This document shows, in pieces, positions 9,001-19,547 of a DNA stretch of 20,000 nucleotides; position 1 is the stretch's first letter, and every line of letters begins with the position of its first letter. Source of the DNA: Chromera velia (taxonomy: Eukaryota); assembly GCA_018398765.1 (NCBI GenBank), contig JAHBMJ010000510.1, forward strand, positions 106,832-126,831, given 5' to 3'. The position numbers and the translations under genes were made by a program. Below the pieces are notes generated by a model that searched no databases, had not been told where the DNA came from, and saw only the letters and a program-made list of their open reading frames with translations.

Positions 9001-11486
9001 ATCGATTCATGCCAATCGTGTCATTGCAGGTCCGAATGTCTCTGAGAAGGCAGGAGCTGATGGCACAGGAGCGAGAAGAAAGAGCTGAGAGACAGAGGGA
9101 GAGAAGACAGAGAAATGGGACAGACGAAGATTTGGAAGAAGTCGATTTAGATGAGGAAGAGGAGGTACCACTGGAACCCCACTGGCTGGACCTTTGTGAC
9201 CGTTTGGGGGTCAGTTGAATTGACTCCTTCATTTGCTTGCGAACTTTCTCGAGCTCCTGCACTTAGACATTCAAAGGCTTATGTATGCATTTGTCCCGCC
9301 TGTTTCCTCCTCCTCGCTCCATGGATCTTTTTCACTCTCCTCACTATCCTCTCTGTCTTCATTGTAGCACCTGTTCTCTCTAAAATTTCTCTCTCTTGTT
9401 TCTGCATGCGTGAAATGTCCTCCATCCTCTGCACTTCCTTTCGCTGGCTTGCAACTTGGATCAAAATGAGAACAAAAGTTCCTTATTTCTCAAAGACCGC
9501 TGGCATGTTCTAAACAAAAAACTGACTTTGCAGATCATTGACAGGGTGGACAGAGAAGATCGTCGACTTGAACAAAAAGAAAAGGCAGAAGAAGAAGCAA
9601 CAAAGAAGAACGCAGAATCACTGCGCTCTGCCAATCTTCTTCTGCCGTCTCCAAATCCCCCAAAGATTCTACCCTCCAGTGCTCCCGACGAGACCCCCGC
9701 AATCGCACAACGTTCTCTGTTGACTCCATCTTCTCCTTCTTCTTCGTCTGCCAGACAAAACACCCCGAGAAATCCTCCCCTCTTCCCAGACTGCCGCGCC
9801 TTTTATCTTGGAGAGGCAGAGCCCCTTGACATCGAGGAGAAGACAAACACTCAGGGGACCACGATGACAGGAAATGAAAGGGAGAATCGTGAACCTCCAA
9901 CGGATTCTCCATGCACACCAACCACCCCTCCTCCCTTCCTTTGCAGAGCAGCTGTGCTCCCCTCAAGCCCCTCTCGTCCCTCTGCTGGCTTGCAAGAGGA
10001 CGTTTTGCTGCAAAGTTTCTCCACACACCCGCAAGCAGCCAGCCCCAGTCTCCCCTCCACGTCTCTCCATCCTCAGCTTTTCTCTCCATTGCCGACTGAT
10101 CACTCCCGGCAGGGCCCTTTTCCCTCCCCCCCTGCCCCCGCTTCGGAGGAACCAAAGCAAATGGAGTCACCAGAAAAAAGTTTCCATGAAGAACTCTCAC
10201 CGGAAAATTTTGGAAAGCAGTTTTGTGCAAGATTCGATCCCACCTCCTCGCACAGACATGAACCAGACATCGCCAGGCCTCCCTGTCTCGTATCCTCCCA
10301 GAGAGACGAGACGGCAGGTCCTGTTGCCTCTGCTTCGCCTTGCTCACCTTCGTCCCTTCAGGCTTGCGGGAGCTCTGCAGAATTCCCTTTGCCCCTTCTC
10401 TCCCGAAATGAGGAAAGGCGAAAGAAAGACGCCCCTGCCTCCCCATCCGAGCATCCGTCCTTTTTCTCATCGAAGTTTTCTTCTCCCTCTACACTCAATT
10501 ATTTGGCAGCGAACCGAAAAGAACAGGAAGAAACAGAAGGAACCTCAATCAACACAAGTCGAAGCACCGAGAGGATGGCAGAGGGGAAGGCAGAAAGATA
10601 CTGTCGGTTGAGAAGCCTGGAAGAAACGGAGACATTTAGGAAACGTTCAGGAAACCTCAAGTCCTGTCCCCCATCCTCTTCCTCCTCGCACCCTTCTTGC
10701 CCACCGAATCACACAGCGCAACCACCCACACACCCCACAAACGGAGACACACCAACCAACAACGCTCCACCTAGCATCAATGAGCCCATCAGTTTGGCCC
10801 TTCATAGAGCACTCGCACGGAGAGGCCACAAGTTGGAGACCTCAGACGACAGACGGAGACGTCGCATACAGAGGGAGCACAGGCGTCAGGAGAGGGAGGA
10901 CAGGATTCGAACAGAGGCCCGAGCCAGATTCGAAAGGGAACACACCGCCCACAGAACCTCCTCCTTGGAGATGACGGAGGAAAGAGACGCCTTCACACTT
11001 CCCCCTAGGCTCTCGATGTTAAAATTCGGAGAGAGACCGTCAACCTTGGACGTGTCAATCCACTCACAAACCCAGACAAAATCCAGGTCTGCCGAAATTA
11101 CAAAATGGTCCCGACTGTCCGAGTCGACCCGTTTCACTTCTTCCCTGCTTGACTCAGGGAGTCCTACAGAATCGACTGAAAGACCCACACAGATCGCAAC
11201 CCTGTCTGGGAATATTGAGAGCACAGATGCAAACACCCGCTGGCTCAGTTGTCAGAACACATCTTACAGGCTGACAGAAACTAGCCACTGCTTGTCTTCT
11301 CCCCGTTCTTCAGAACGTCTGGCATTCTCTCAGAAGATGCAAAAACTGCTTGGCTGGTCTGATGTTCTCAGGTCGGGAGGAAGACTTGATGCTTGTCTTG
11401 CAGCTGAGCAAGTCTTAGCCCCACAATTACAGGAAGCCACTCCAAACCCTTGGAAGCTTCAAAATCCAGATTTTGGGCCAAATTGA
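4191..11486 (+). CDS. F-box and ankyrin-repeat protein with long disordered C-terminus, about 1,390 aa, multi-exon
   Basis: F-box LTELPDEVFMHLFDALPPSSMHSLSKVSKALN in exon 1. Phase-compatible GT-AG exons: 4191-4518, 4685-5268, 5634-5846, (uncertain small exon about 5928-5967), about 6281-6418, 6767-7192, 7373-7477, 7778-7849, 8072-8133, 8617-8710, 9030-9209, 9534-11486. Splicing rebuilds consecutive ankyrin repeats: TSPLLVAVSRGNSEVVEVLLRH, GKSALLLAVEKGRPDIVRQLLRRGANV, GKSALSVAVANGNEAVLRALL. Confidence 0.85.
5990..6112 (+). repeat. Compound intronic microsatellite (GAAG/GAAA/GAAT/GAGT)n
   Basis: Successive 4-bp units seen directly, inside an intron of the F-box gene. Confidence 0.95.
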
Positions 11487-11970
11487 TTTAAATAATTCTA
11501 AAACTTGAAAACTTTAAAAAAAATCAACTCTGATTTCATAAGCTATGACGCCTATTTATACCAATTTAGGCGCTAGTGTATTAATATGTGTCACTATTAT
11601 TATTTAGCTTAATATGACTAATTATGTTCACGTTATATAATTAAATTAATGTGATGTGATGAGGTGACTTAACCCGGCAGCCATCGTAATCCAATGGCCA
11701 AGGGCAGTCTGCTAGGCAGTCTGTTGCATGCATACGTACAACATACATTGTTCACAACTTAGGCCTATAGAGCTTATATGGCTTTGAAAGGCTAGTTATA
11801 TTCATTAAAAATAATATAGTCGTTTCCTAGGTCATTTTATTTTCAAATATAGAATTAAGCAACTTAGTAGGAAATCTTTTGTTTAAACCATGATAAATAT
11901 TTATAAACCTAAAGAATTTTAATGACTTAATAATAGGTCACTGGGTTTGGTAGCCTGAATGTTTGCTATT

Positions 11971-12619
11971 CCCTGCAGGTAGCCAGGATTTTACAGGATT
12001 TTAGCCCAGGATTTTAGCGGATTTTACGGGATTTTGGCCAGGATTTTAGCGGATTTTGGCGGATTTTGCCCAGGATTCTGCCGGACTCTTAATGTTAAAA
12101 ATATAATCCCTGCACCTAAGGTTTTAGAATCTAAAATCCTGGAAGAAAGCTAAAATCCTAGCCTCTTCCTAGGATTTTATGGGATTATACGGGACTTTAC
12201 AGGATTATACGGGATTTTACGGGATTATACAGGATTTTACGGGATTTTGAAGAAATAAATAAAATTAAATTCAAAGATGAATGATACACTTCAAGGCTAC
12301 ACAAGAGGGATAACCAGCATCGATTGTGATCAACTTTTATTTCATTGTTTTTGTTTATGTTAAAATTCCGTAAAATCCCGTATAATATATCCCGTAAAAT
12401 CCTGTAAAATCCTGGCATTCATTTTTAAAATCCTAGGATCCAGCATTTTAGTCTTTATAATCCCTAAAGCCAGGATTTTAGATTCTAAAATCTTGAAGAA
12501 ATAGTCCGGCAGAATCCTGGGCAAAATCCGCCTAAATCCACTAAAATCCTGGCCAGAATCCCGTAAAATCTGCTAAAATCCTGGGCTAAAATCCTGCAAA
12601 ATCCTAGCTACCTGCAGGG
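11971..12619. mobile_element. Non-autonomous foldback DNA transposon/MITE, possibly CMC (CACTA/EnSpm-like) superfamily
   Basis: 117-bp terminal inverted repeats, 11971-12087 and 12503-12619, with 6 mismatches by manual alignment. Termini CCCTGCAGGTAG...CTACCTGCAGGG, TT on both flanks, nested inner inverted repeats and no credible ORF. Confidence 0.88.
12171..12250 (+). repeat. 10-bp tandem array, (G/A)GGATT(T/A)TAC x8, inside the foldback element
   Basis: Eight units at an exact 10-bp period, with an inverted counterpart at about 12361-12415. Confidence 0.92.
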
Positions 12620-13052
12620 TTGTTTTTGTTTTTAGAGCTCTTCAAGCTGCTCTTGTTGAAGTTAGTGCCAAAGTTAATTTAGCAGTACTGATATAACTGG
12701 TTTTCAACTGGATAATCAGCCTGAATTTCAATTAAGAAGTTTTTGCACCTAGGTCTGTACCCTAAAAATTATTACTGGCTATGTCTTATCCTGACATATT
12801 TTTTTCAAAGTATGTTATATAAATTCAACTATCCATATTTTTAAAAAATCCAATGTAAGCTTTCAAATACCTGGGGGATTATGCCCCATGGAGCCTAGAG
12901 TGAATGAACAAATTTTTGTATGACATGCCCGTATGGTGGCTAGTGGTGGCTTACCGGCTTCAACCTAAATATTAATTCAATTCGCTCTTAGATTCTCCTA
13001 GACTAAATCTAACTAAATTATAATTAACGTTTTCACAATTTATTAACACATT

Positions 13053-13084
13053 TGAATGAATGAATGAATGAATGAATGAATGAA
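13053..13084 (+). repeat. (TGAA)8 microsatellite
   Basis: Seen directly. A short (AATC)n run follows at 13202-13218. Confidence 0.95.
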
Positions 13085-13473
13085 GTTGGCTTTGCTAGAG
13101 TGGAGCCGTGCTCCCAGCAGCCCACTGGGCATGTTCATATTTATGATTTCTCTCATATCTATAAACTATATCTATAAACTATGATAATAACTATATATAT
13201 GAATCAATCAATCAATCAGGCGGACGTGCTAGGAACTGATCTTAAATGCAGTTTCCCACAAATCAATCATGGTTTGAATTAGCATGATAAGTTTAAATTT
13301 TATGATTGATGATTGATTTACTAGAAACAACTGCAAAGACGACCTCCGTGCACAGGATGGTATGTCTCTCTTTTGGAAGTCTTGAGAGCTACGCATTGGG
13401 CTACTTGTGTTAGAGTGCACACTTTGAGATACAAGTGATGCGATAAGAGAATATTCTACTAAGCAGGCTTCGC

Positions 13474-15683
13474 TCAGAGAATGGTGTTCAATGCAGAGTC
13501 GAAATCAGTCCCGGATGACGGGACCTCAGTGGCTGGGTCAGAATCTGGCTCTGAGGCCGAGGCTAATGACCTTCTTTCTGCTGACCCCGTTGCAAGACTC
13601 GTTTCTCGGAGGAGGGTCTGAAGGTCGAGCCGCGCCTCTGTGACGGCAAAGAGGCATTCATGCCCGCCTTTCAGAGGGGCATCTGACATCGAGAGGTAGG
13701 CTGGGAGTGCAAAGGAAGGCAGGAGGGACTGAAGGAAGGACAGAACTCCTGGGAGTTCCAAAACGACCCACTGAAGTGAAAGGATTAAAGTTCCCAGGAC
13801 AACCAACCCCCCCACACGGGAATCGACAACCTTTGCCCCCTCGACACTGTGCGTCTCGAGTCTTGTCGTGAGCTTTCCAGACTCAAGTGCGAAGTGCACA
13901 CGGAAGACCACAGCCACCCCCATAGTGCAGAGGTCGACTGTAACACCGTGCAATGCTCCTTTCTCCCTCCCTCTAAATCGAATACCGACAGACAGGTAAA
14001 GAAGCGACTCGTCATACGATGTGGAGAGTTTGGGTTCAGGTTCCTCGAGGAGAGTCAATTCGACACTCACGGGGTCCTCAAACTCTTCATGCCAGGGATC
14101 CCCGACCAGGGCCGACCAAAACCCGGAACTACCCCACTCCCCGAGCTCCTCAGAGTACAAAATGCCCTCCTTCTGCGCCAGCTCGCAGAGAAAATTGCTC
14201 ACCTGAAGAAACGAAAGAATCTTCCGGTACACATTCTTTCACACCAACATCTCTAGTAATCGAACAAGAACTACAAACACACATTATGTATTGATGTAGG
14301 AAATGTTAACAAAAGAAGTCACGAAGCTGCTGCCGACATGCAAAAATGCGATGCAGAAATGCACGGCAAAACCACAAGGCTGACCGATCACTCTGGAGAG
14401 GTCACAAAAATGTGTTCCTGTCTTCTTCTGCCAGCAGAAAAAAGGGAGTACGTCAACTTGCTGACCTGCCAATCATGAAGCATGAACCCTGCATTGAGCG
14501 CGCCCTTTGCCAAGTGGAGCTCTTGGCGTATCTGCAGGGCACACTCGTTCCCTCCCTGCCACCCCGCACACCTCCCTGAGGGGTTCTTTTCCCGCAGTGT
14601 CACCCCTACCCACACAGAACGTCTCAACACGTCAGAATAAAAACCCGAAAACTCCCCACTGTCTCCCAGCATCCGAGTCGATGCATCTACACGCATGCCG
14701 TCAACAGTCGGAATATTCAGCAGCTTCTTTGCTGAATGCTTCTCAATGAGTGTACTCATCGCAGCCCATTGTCTCTTTACCGCCCTCGAAATGCCCTCCA
14801 ATGCCAACCCACCCGCAATCCTGCCAACTGAATCGACCATCGGCGCACACACAGACCCCCAGGAACCCCAACCATCTCTGTCGAGACCCAGACGGATCTC
14901 CTGACCGGATACATGGACTTCTGTCTTGAAGGGAGCGGAGGCCCCGCTCGTGTGGTCCGTGAAAGCGAAACGAATGAACACCATCAGACTACGGACGACT
15001 ACCGTGACCTCCCCCTCACACTTTGTTTCCCTCGGCCCCCTCACGAGAATTTCAGCCGTCCCCTCCATTCCAAACTGCACCGCAAGGCCCATCTCGTCCA
15101 CCCCCTGCACGTCCATCATCACCCCCTCAACATCTAGATGAAGTATAGAGACGGTACGAACGACCATGTAGACGGGAGCAATCTCGTCTCCAAGGAGTTT
15201 CCTTCCTGTAAGAAATCTAGTCACAGTGTCTATTAGAAGGTCGTGAATGACTTTTGTGTCGAGGTTCTCAACAGAGGCCCTCAGCACATCCCGAGTAACG
15301 ACAGCACCTATGGGGAAAATGCTAGCACTCGGGCTGTGTGTCTGCTCATGCCACCTGGTGGCAGCACAGCAGCACACCTTGTGGCCACGGAGACACCTCT
15401 CGCCGTCGATCCAAGGCTCGCATACTCTGTGGTCGCAGTCGGCATCACAGCTGGCGTTGCAGTTGGGTGCTGTCCCAACGACAGTGCCAAAACCGGTGAA
15501 GGTATTGTCTCCGCGCTTGGCCCGCAGCTTGCAGAACTGATCGCAGGACCCTTGCGCTAAATCAGAATCTCGAATCTTTCTCTTTCCCCCGAATAATGCG
15601 ATTGCGATGCACGACGGGCTGGAACTGAGAAGACCGAGCCACAAAGAAAGGAGAATGCGGAAAGCAGGCAGAACATATGTCAT
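13474..15683 (-). CDS. Secreted protein of about 648 aa: signal peptide, 10-Cys module, probable BPI/LBP/CETP (TULIP)-like lipid-binding region
   Basis: Exon 15683-14466, phase-0 intron 14465-14203 (gtcagc...tttcttcag), exon 14202-13474. Hydrophobic N-terminus MTYVLPAFRILLSLWLGLLSSSPSCIA. Long alternating beta-strand patterns in both halves. The junction FMLHDWQ|VSNFLCELAQKEGIL resembles the start of the BPI C-terminal domain. The gene model is more certain than the fold call. Confidence 0.75.
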
Positions 15684-15962
15684 GATCGTTTAAACAAAGT
15701 TATGTATCGATAGTCGCATGGCGCTGTAACACATTTCCGGAACGTATATATATATATATGTACGGAGAACAGCGACTGCGAGTGCAGCTCGCGATGCAGG
15801 CCAAGATGATGGCAATGACTGGGAAGAAGCCCACATTGAGAGACACAAGACCTGGTCAATCTGCCGAGTACTACGTACCGAGTCTGACAGCAATATGATC
15901 GTTGAAAAAATATGATGCAAAGTTGATCGAAGTGTTGCACATGCAATTTCGAAAGAACGTGT

Positions 15963-15995
15963 TGCATGCATAAACGCATGCATGTGTTGCATGCA
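15963..15995. promoter_or_regulatory. TGCATGCA motif cluster upstream of the secreted-protein gene
   Basis: TGCATGCA at 15963 and 15988 plus GCATGCA at 15976, about 300 bp upstream of the - strand ATG at 15683. Confidence 0.5.
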
Positions 15996-16667
15996 GCTAG
16001 GGTATACGTGTTGACAGGGTGTTGTGCGCTGTTGCCTGTACTGTTGCGTGCCAGAATTTGGCCCAGAAAACGTAAGAGAGCTCACAGAAACGGCGAAGAT
16101 CCCCAGTTTTCCCCAATCATGCACTGCTAGTCTGAGGTGACACAGCACCTAGCACAGCAGCAAAGTGAAACAACAGGGTCCAGTTTAAGAGCATTGACAG
16201 AAACGGGTTTCTATGTACTTTTATGCGTTAAATAAGTTAATGAAAATACATTATGAGATAATGACAGTACCGCTAGGCTGTACTAGGCTGTTATGAAGTT
16301 TAACTATGACTTTCTACCAATTGAGCAAGAACTTTGAACAATGTAGCCTGCTAAGAGCTATAGGCTATAAGTGTAAAACAAACGAACCTATCATTAGTTT
16401 TTCTATCTTGCCGTTGAAGCCACAAGTGATAAGCTGCGCATTAAAAGTGATTAATAAGCTTGCTCCTAGAATCGAGACTAACAGGAAAAAGCGGAACTTT
16501 CGGACAAACTAGGCTAGATCCGCCCCTCATATGTGGGGACGTGGCATACATAATAAAACCTTCGATCATCATTTTGTTTCCTTATGCAATTCTGGTTTTG
16601 GAGCTTCTCTGGAGATAATTGATTTGAGTTGGTTAGGTGATATCGGGAAGGCCCTAGGGCGGAACAT

Positions 16668-16703
<36 letters not shown>
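16668..16703 (+). repeat. (ATCA)n microsatellite
   Basis: About nine tandem ATCA units seen directly. Confidence 0.95.
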
Positions 16704-16704
<1 letters not shown>

Positions 16705-17020
16705 AAAGTTTTGAAATCATATTTTAATCATGCAAAAAAAAATTGTAAGAAAAAAAGTTTAACTATAAAAAAGAAATACTACTACGCCTACTTATGCCAG
16801 GCTAAATGCTGTTATCCTAGCACCGTAGTAGTGGCTACGTCTAGGGCTACGTTTATCACTAAAAAATAATATACAGATAAGCTCTGGTTGCTCCATAGCT
16901 ATCCGCCGGAGCAAAACCTGAAGCAAAACAATTGAAGTTACAATTTACAAAGACCAAGTCTGCAATCCAATTGAACTCGGTAGACTGCACATGCAGGTAC
17001 ATGCGTTTATACACTGTAGA

Positions 17021-17381
17021 TCAATTTGTTCTCAACCTAGTTCTGAATTGCACCAAAATTTCCAGGACGTTCAACAAATCTGCAGGTGTCAGATGTACTG
17101 AGCCGTGTTCTGCTTTTTTGAGTCGCTGAGAAAGTTCCGATGCTGAACCCCGATCTCCCTCACCAGAATGAGATAATTCTACGGAAGCCGCCCGTTGTCT
17201 TATGACGTTGACAGCCGCTTCCCTGCAGATAGGGGCATCGAAGAGAAACCAAAGAGGATCAAATACGATGGAGACACACTGAGAATTCGGCGCAGACTCT
17301 TCCCCTGAACAAGTTGAAGTTACGGTCACTCCGTTCATGCATCTGCCTGGCAGCTTGAGGTCCGTCTACCCAGTATCGGTT

Positions 17382-17418
<37 letters not shown>

Positions 17419-18863
17419 GTGCGTGCGTGCGCGCGCGCCCGTCTTTCCGTCTGCTTGTCTGTCCTTTGTCTGTCTCTCTCCCTCTCTATCTATGTGCCTG
17501 CCTGCCTGCCTGCCCGTGAATTCGACTCTGGATTCCTATCTGCCTCCCTCCATTGAAATTGGTTTCTTACCTCGTCCCTCCGGGCTGTTCTTTCTCCCTT
17601 CCAACATTCACCTGCATATGCATTGCTCAAGTACTCTCAGGTGCTTTCCTTCCCCAACCTTCTGCACCGACCTGCAGACAGCCACCGTGATTGCCGGAAC
17701 ACTTGACCCACGCCCATACAGACCGCCCCCCTCTCTGGATGCCCCCCAAATCCCCTCTGCAACCGCCGCCCAGGAGGGACCGAAGGGCGCCACCTCCTTC
17801 TTTTCCTCCAATGATGCCTCACAGACAGGTGGTCTCTCATTCATTGTCTCTGCCGTCCTGCCTTGAATGTAGAGCCCCAGAAGCGCCCGCACCTCCTCAG
17901 AGGTCCACTCTGCAGAGTCCTTCGTTCTCCAGACCTTCCACAGGCGGTGGGGCTGCACCCATCCATTCATACACACCGCCCACACACAGACAGTCAATTG
18001 GTGAGATCAATGAACTTTGTGAGAAACTGGTTGTCGGTTAAAGGGTGCCCCCTTTTCAGGCGCGTTCCTGAAGAAACGCTTGCTGTGCTGGTCTCTTTTC
18101 TTCTCTGAGAGAGAGAGAGGGAGAGAGAGGGAGAGAGAGAGAGAGAGCGAGAGAGGGCCTGACTGGCAGACAGGCAGAGAGGTTGAAAAGACAGGAGTCC
18201 GTCCAGAATCTTCTTTGTCGTCCAACCTCAGTCCTCTCTGATCGATTGATGGAGGGTCTCTCTCCATCTGCCTGCAGTGCGCTCGGGTGCGTCGCTCTCT
18301 TTTTTTTGTTCCTCAACCTTTCCTGCACGTCTGGTTGTCGGGCTCCCACCAGTATTTTGGTATTTCTTTTTGCTTCTGTACAGTTTCATTCTTGCCTTGC
18401 CATTTGAGTCAATCCCTTCCCCTACAGCCCTCAATGCGTGTCTACGTATCTGTCCAGCTGGTCTTTTGCGCATATTCAAAAATGAAATATAACACGTGGG
18501 GTGCCAACAAGCAGACAGGAACAAAGAAACAAGTGTCCACAGACACCTTCAATAAAGCAGAAAAGCCTCTTCTAAACGCACCTCCAGGAGAAGCTCAGAG
18601 ACGTCGTGGGAGCTTTTGGTTGTGCAGACCAGAAGAACAGGAGGACTGTCTTGCGACCTCAAGGTTTCACCGTCGGACTCCAAAAATCCAAATGCAAACC
18701 CCGCAACTCCGGGCCCCCTGTCCCTGCAGTCAGGAGGCAAAATCACAACTGCAATCAAACCCATCAACGACCCAATCGGTGCCAGGAGGAAAAGCCCAAA
18801 ACACCGTGGCTCCAACATCGGAGGGCAGAGCAGAAGGAAACCACTTGAGCATGCGCAAACGCG

Positions 18864-18897
<34 letters not shown>

Positions 18898-19527
18898 ATA
18901 TGTTTCTTCTTCTTCTCCCTCCTTTGACAGACAGACAGACAGACAGACAGACTATATGTTTCTTCTTCTTCTCCCTCCTTTTCTTCATGAACACAACAGA
19001 CAAAAAGAAAGAAAGAACAAAGACAAAAGAACAGCACCGACAGACAGACTATATGTTTCTTCTTCTCCCTTCTTTTCTTCATGGACACAATAGACAAAAA
19101 GAAAGAAAGCAACAAAGACAAAGGAACATCACGACAACTCAGACAAAGTGGGCAGGGGGCCCGAAAGGTGAGAGTTAAGCGCCCCTTGCCTCTCCACCTC
19201 CCGACAGACTTTCACGTGATCACTGGTTTCACACGCTACTCCTCTGCTGCTTCCACTCAAGACAAGAAAGAGAAGAAAAGAAAACAAGGCAAGAAAAACC
19301 AACAAAAATTAAAAATGACAACAAAACGAAAAAAGAAAACTGCACGTGGGGACCGGCACCGTCATGTTCTTTAGACAGAGGTGGGGGGGTGGGGGGGCGT
19401 CCCTGCGGAGGGGGATTTCTTCTGATGTTGTGTCTTCGTATCTTGCGGGAGGACTCTTTCGGCGGTAACGAAACTCTCCAAAGTCCCATACCAAAGGAGC
19501 GACGGTGCTCAGTTGCTTGAACCTTCT
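17021..19527 (-). CDS. Multi-exon hypothetical protein gene, structure only partly resolved
   Basis: Candidate exons: about 19527-19350, about 19245-19146, 18723-18582 (tgactgcag acceptor, gtgcgt donor), 17952-17612 (gtgaat donor) and 17342-17021 (phase-compatible terminal exon). Intervening sequence is microsatellite-rich like the other introns. Links through 18000-18500 are unresolved. Confidence 0.4.
17386..17414 (+). repeat. (CT)n microsatellite
   Basis: Seen directly. Similar (GA)n tracts lie at 18106-18154 and 18867-18895. Confidence 0.95.
18894..19136 (+). repeat. Local tandem duplication (three copies of GACTATATGTTTCTTCTT..., two of them about 95 bp)
   Basis: Units start at 18894, 18950 and 19047. 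The latter two share the downstream ACACAA.AGACAAAAAGAAAGAAAG.AACAAAGACAAA block. Confidence 0.9.
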
Positions 19528-19547
19528 CTAAAACCTCTTCTCTCTCC

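Noticed and set aside
9535..10611. 311-aa - strand and 245-aa alternative + strand ORFs
   Set aside because: They overlap the 9534-11486 terminal exon, as expected in low-complexity coding DNA.
11549..11577. CGCCTA/TAGGCG hairpin followed by CTAG as a Helitron 3' end (similar at about 16824-16844)
   Set aside because: Stems are only 5-6 bp, spacing to CTAG is atypical and no 5' end is identifiable.
12197..12418. 73-aa ORF inside the element as a transposase remnant
   Set aside because: It is a translation of the repeat units with no catalytic motifs.
11985..12610. GGATTTT arrays as a CRISPR array or telomeric repeat
   Set aside because: Units are about 10 bp with no unique spacers, are arranged as inverted arms, and do not match TTTAGGG/TTAGGG. 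The context is eukaryotic and interstitial.
11967..12623. piggyBac assignment from CCC...GGG ends
   Set aside because: Flanks are TATT and TTGT, not TTAA.
13849..14256. 135-aa + strand ORF
   Set aside because: Antisense to exon 2 of the secreted protein, and the frame has several stops just upstream.
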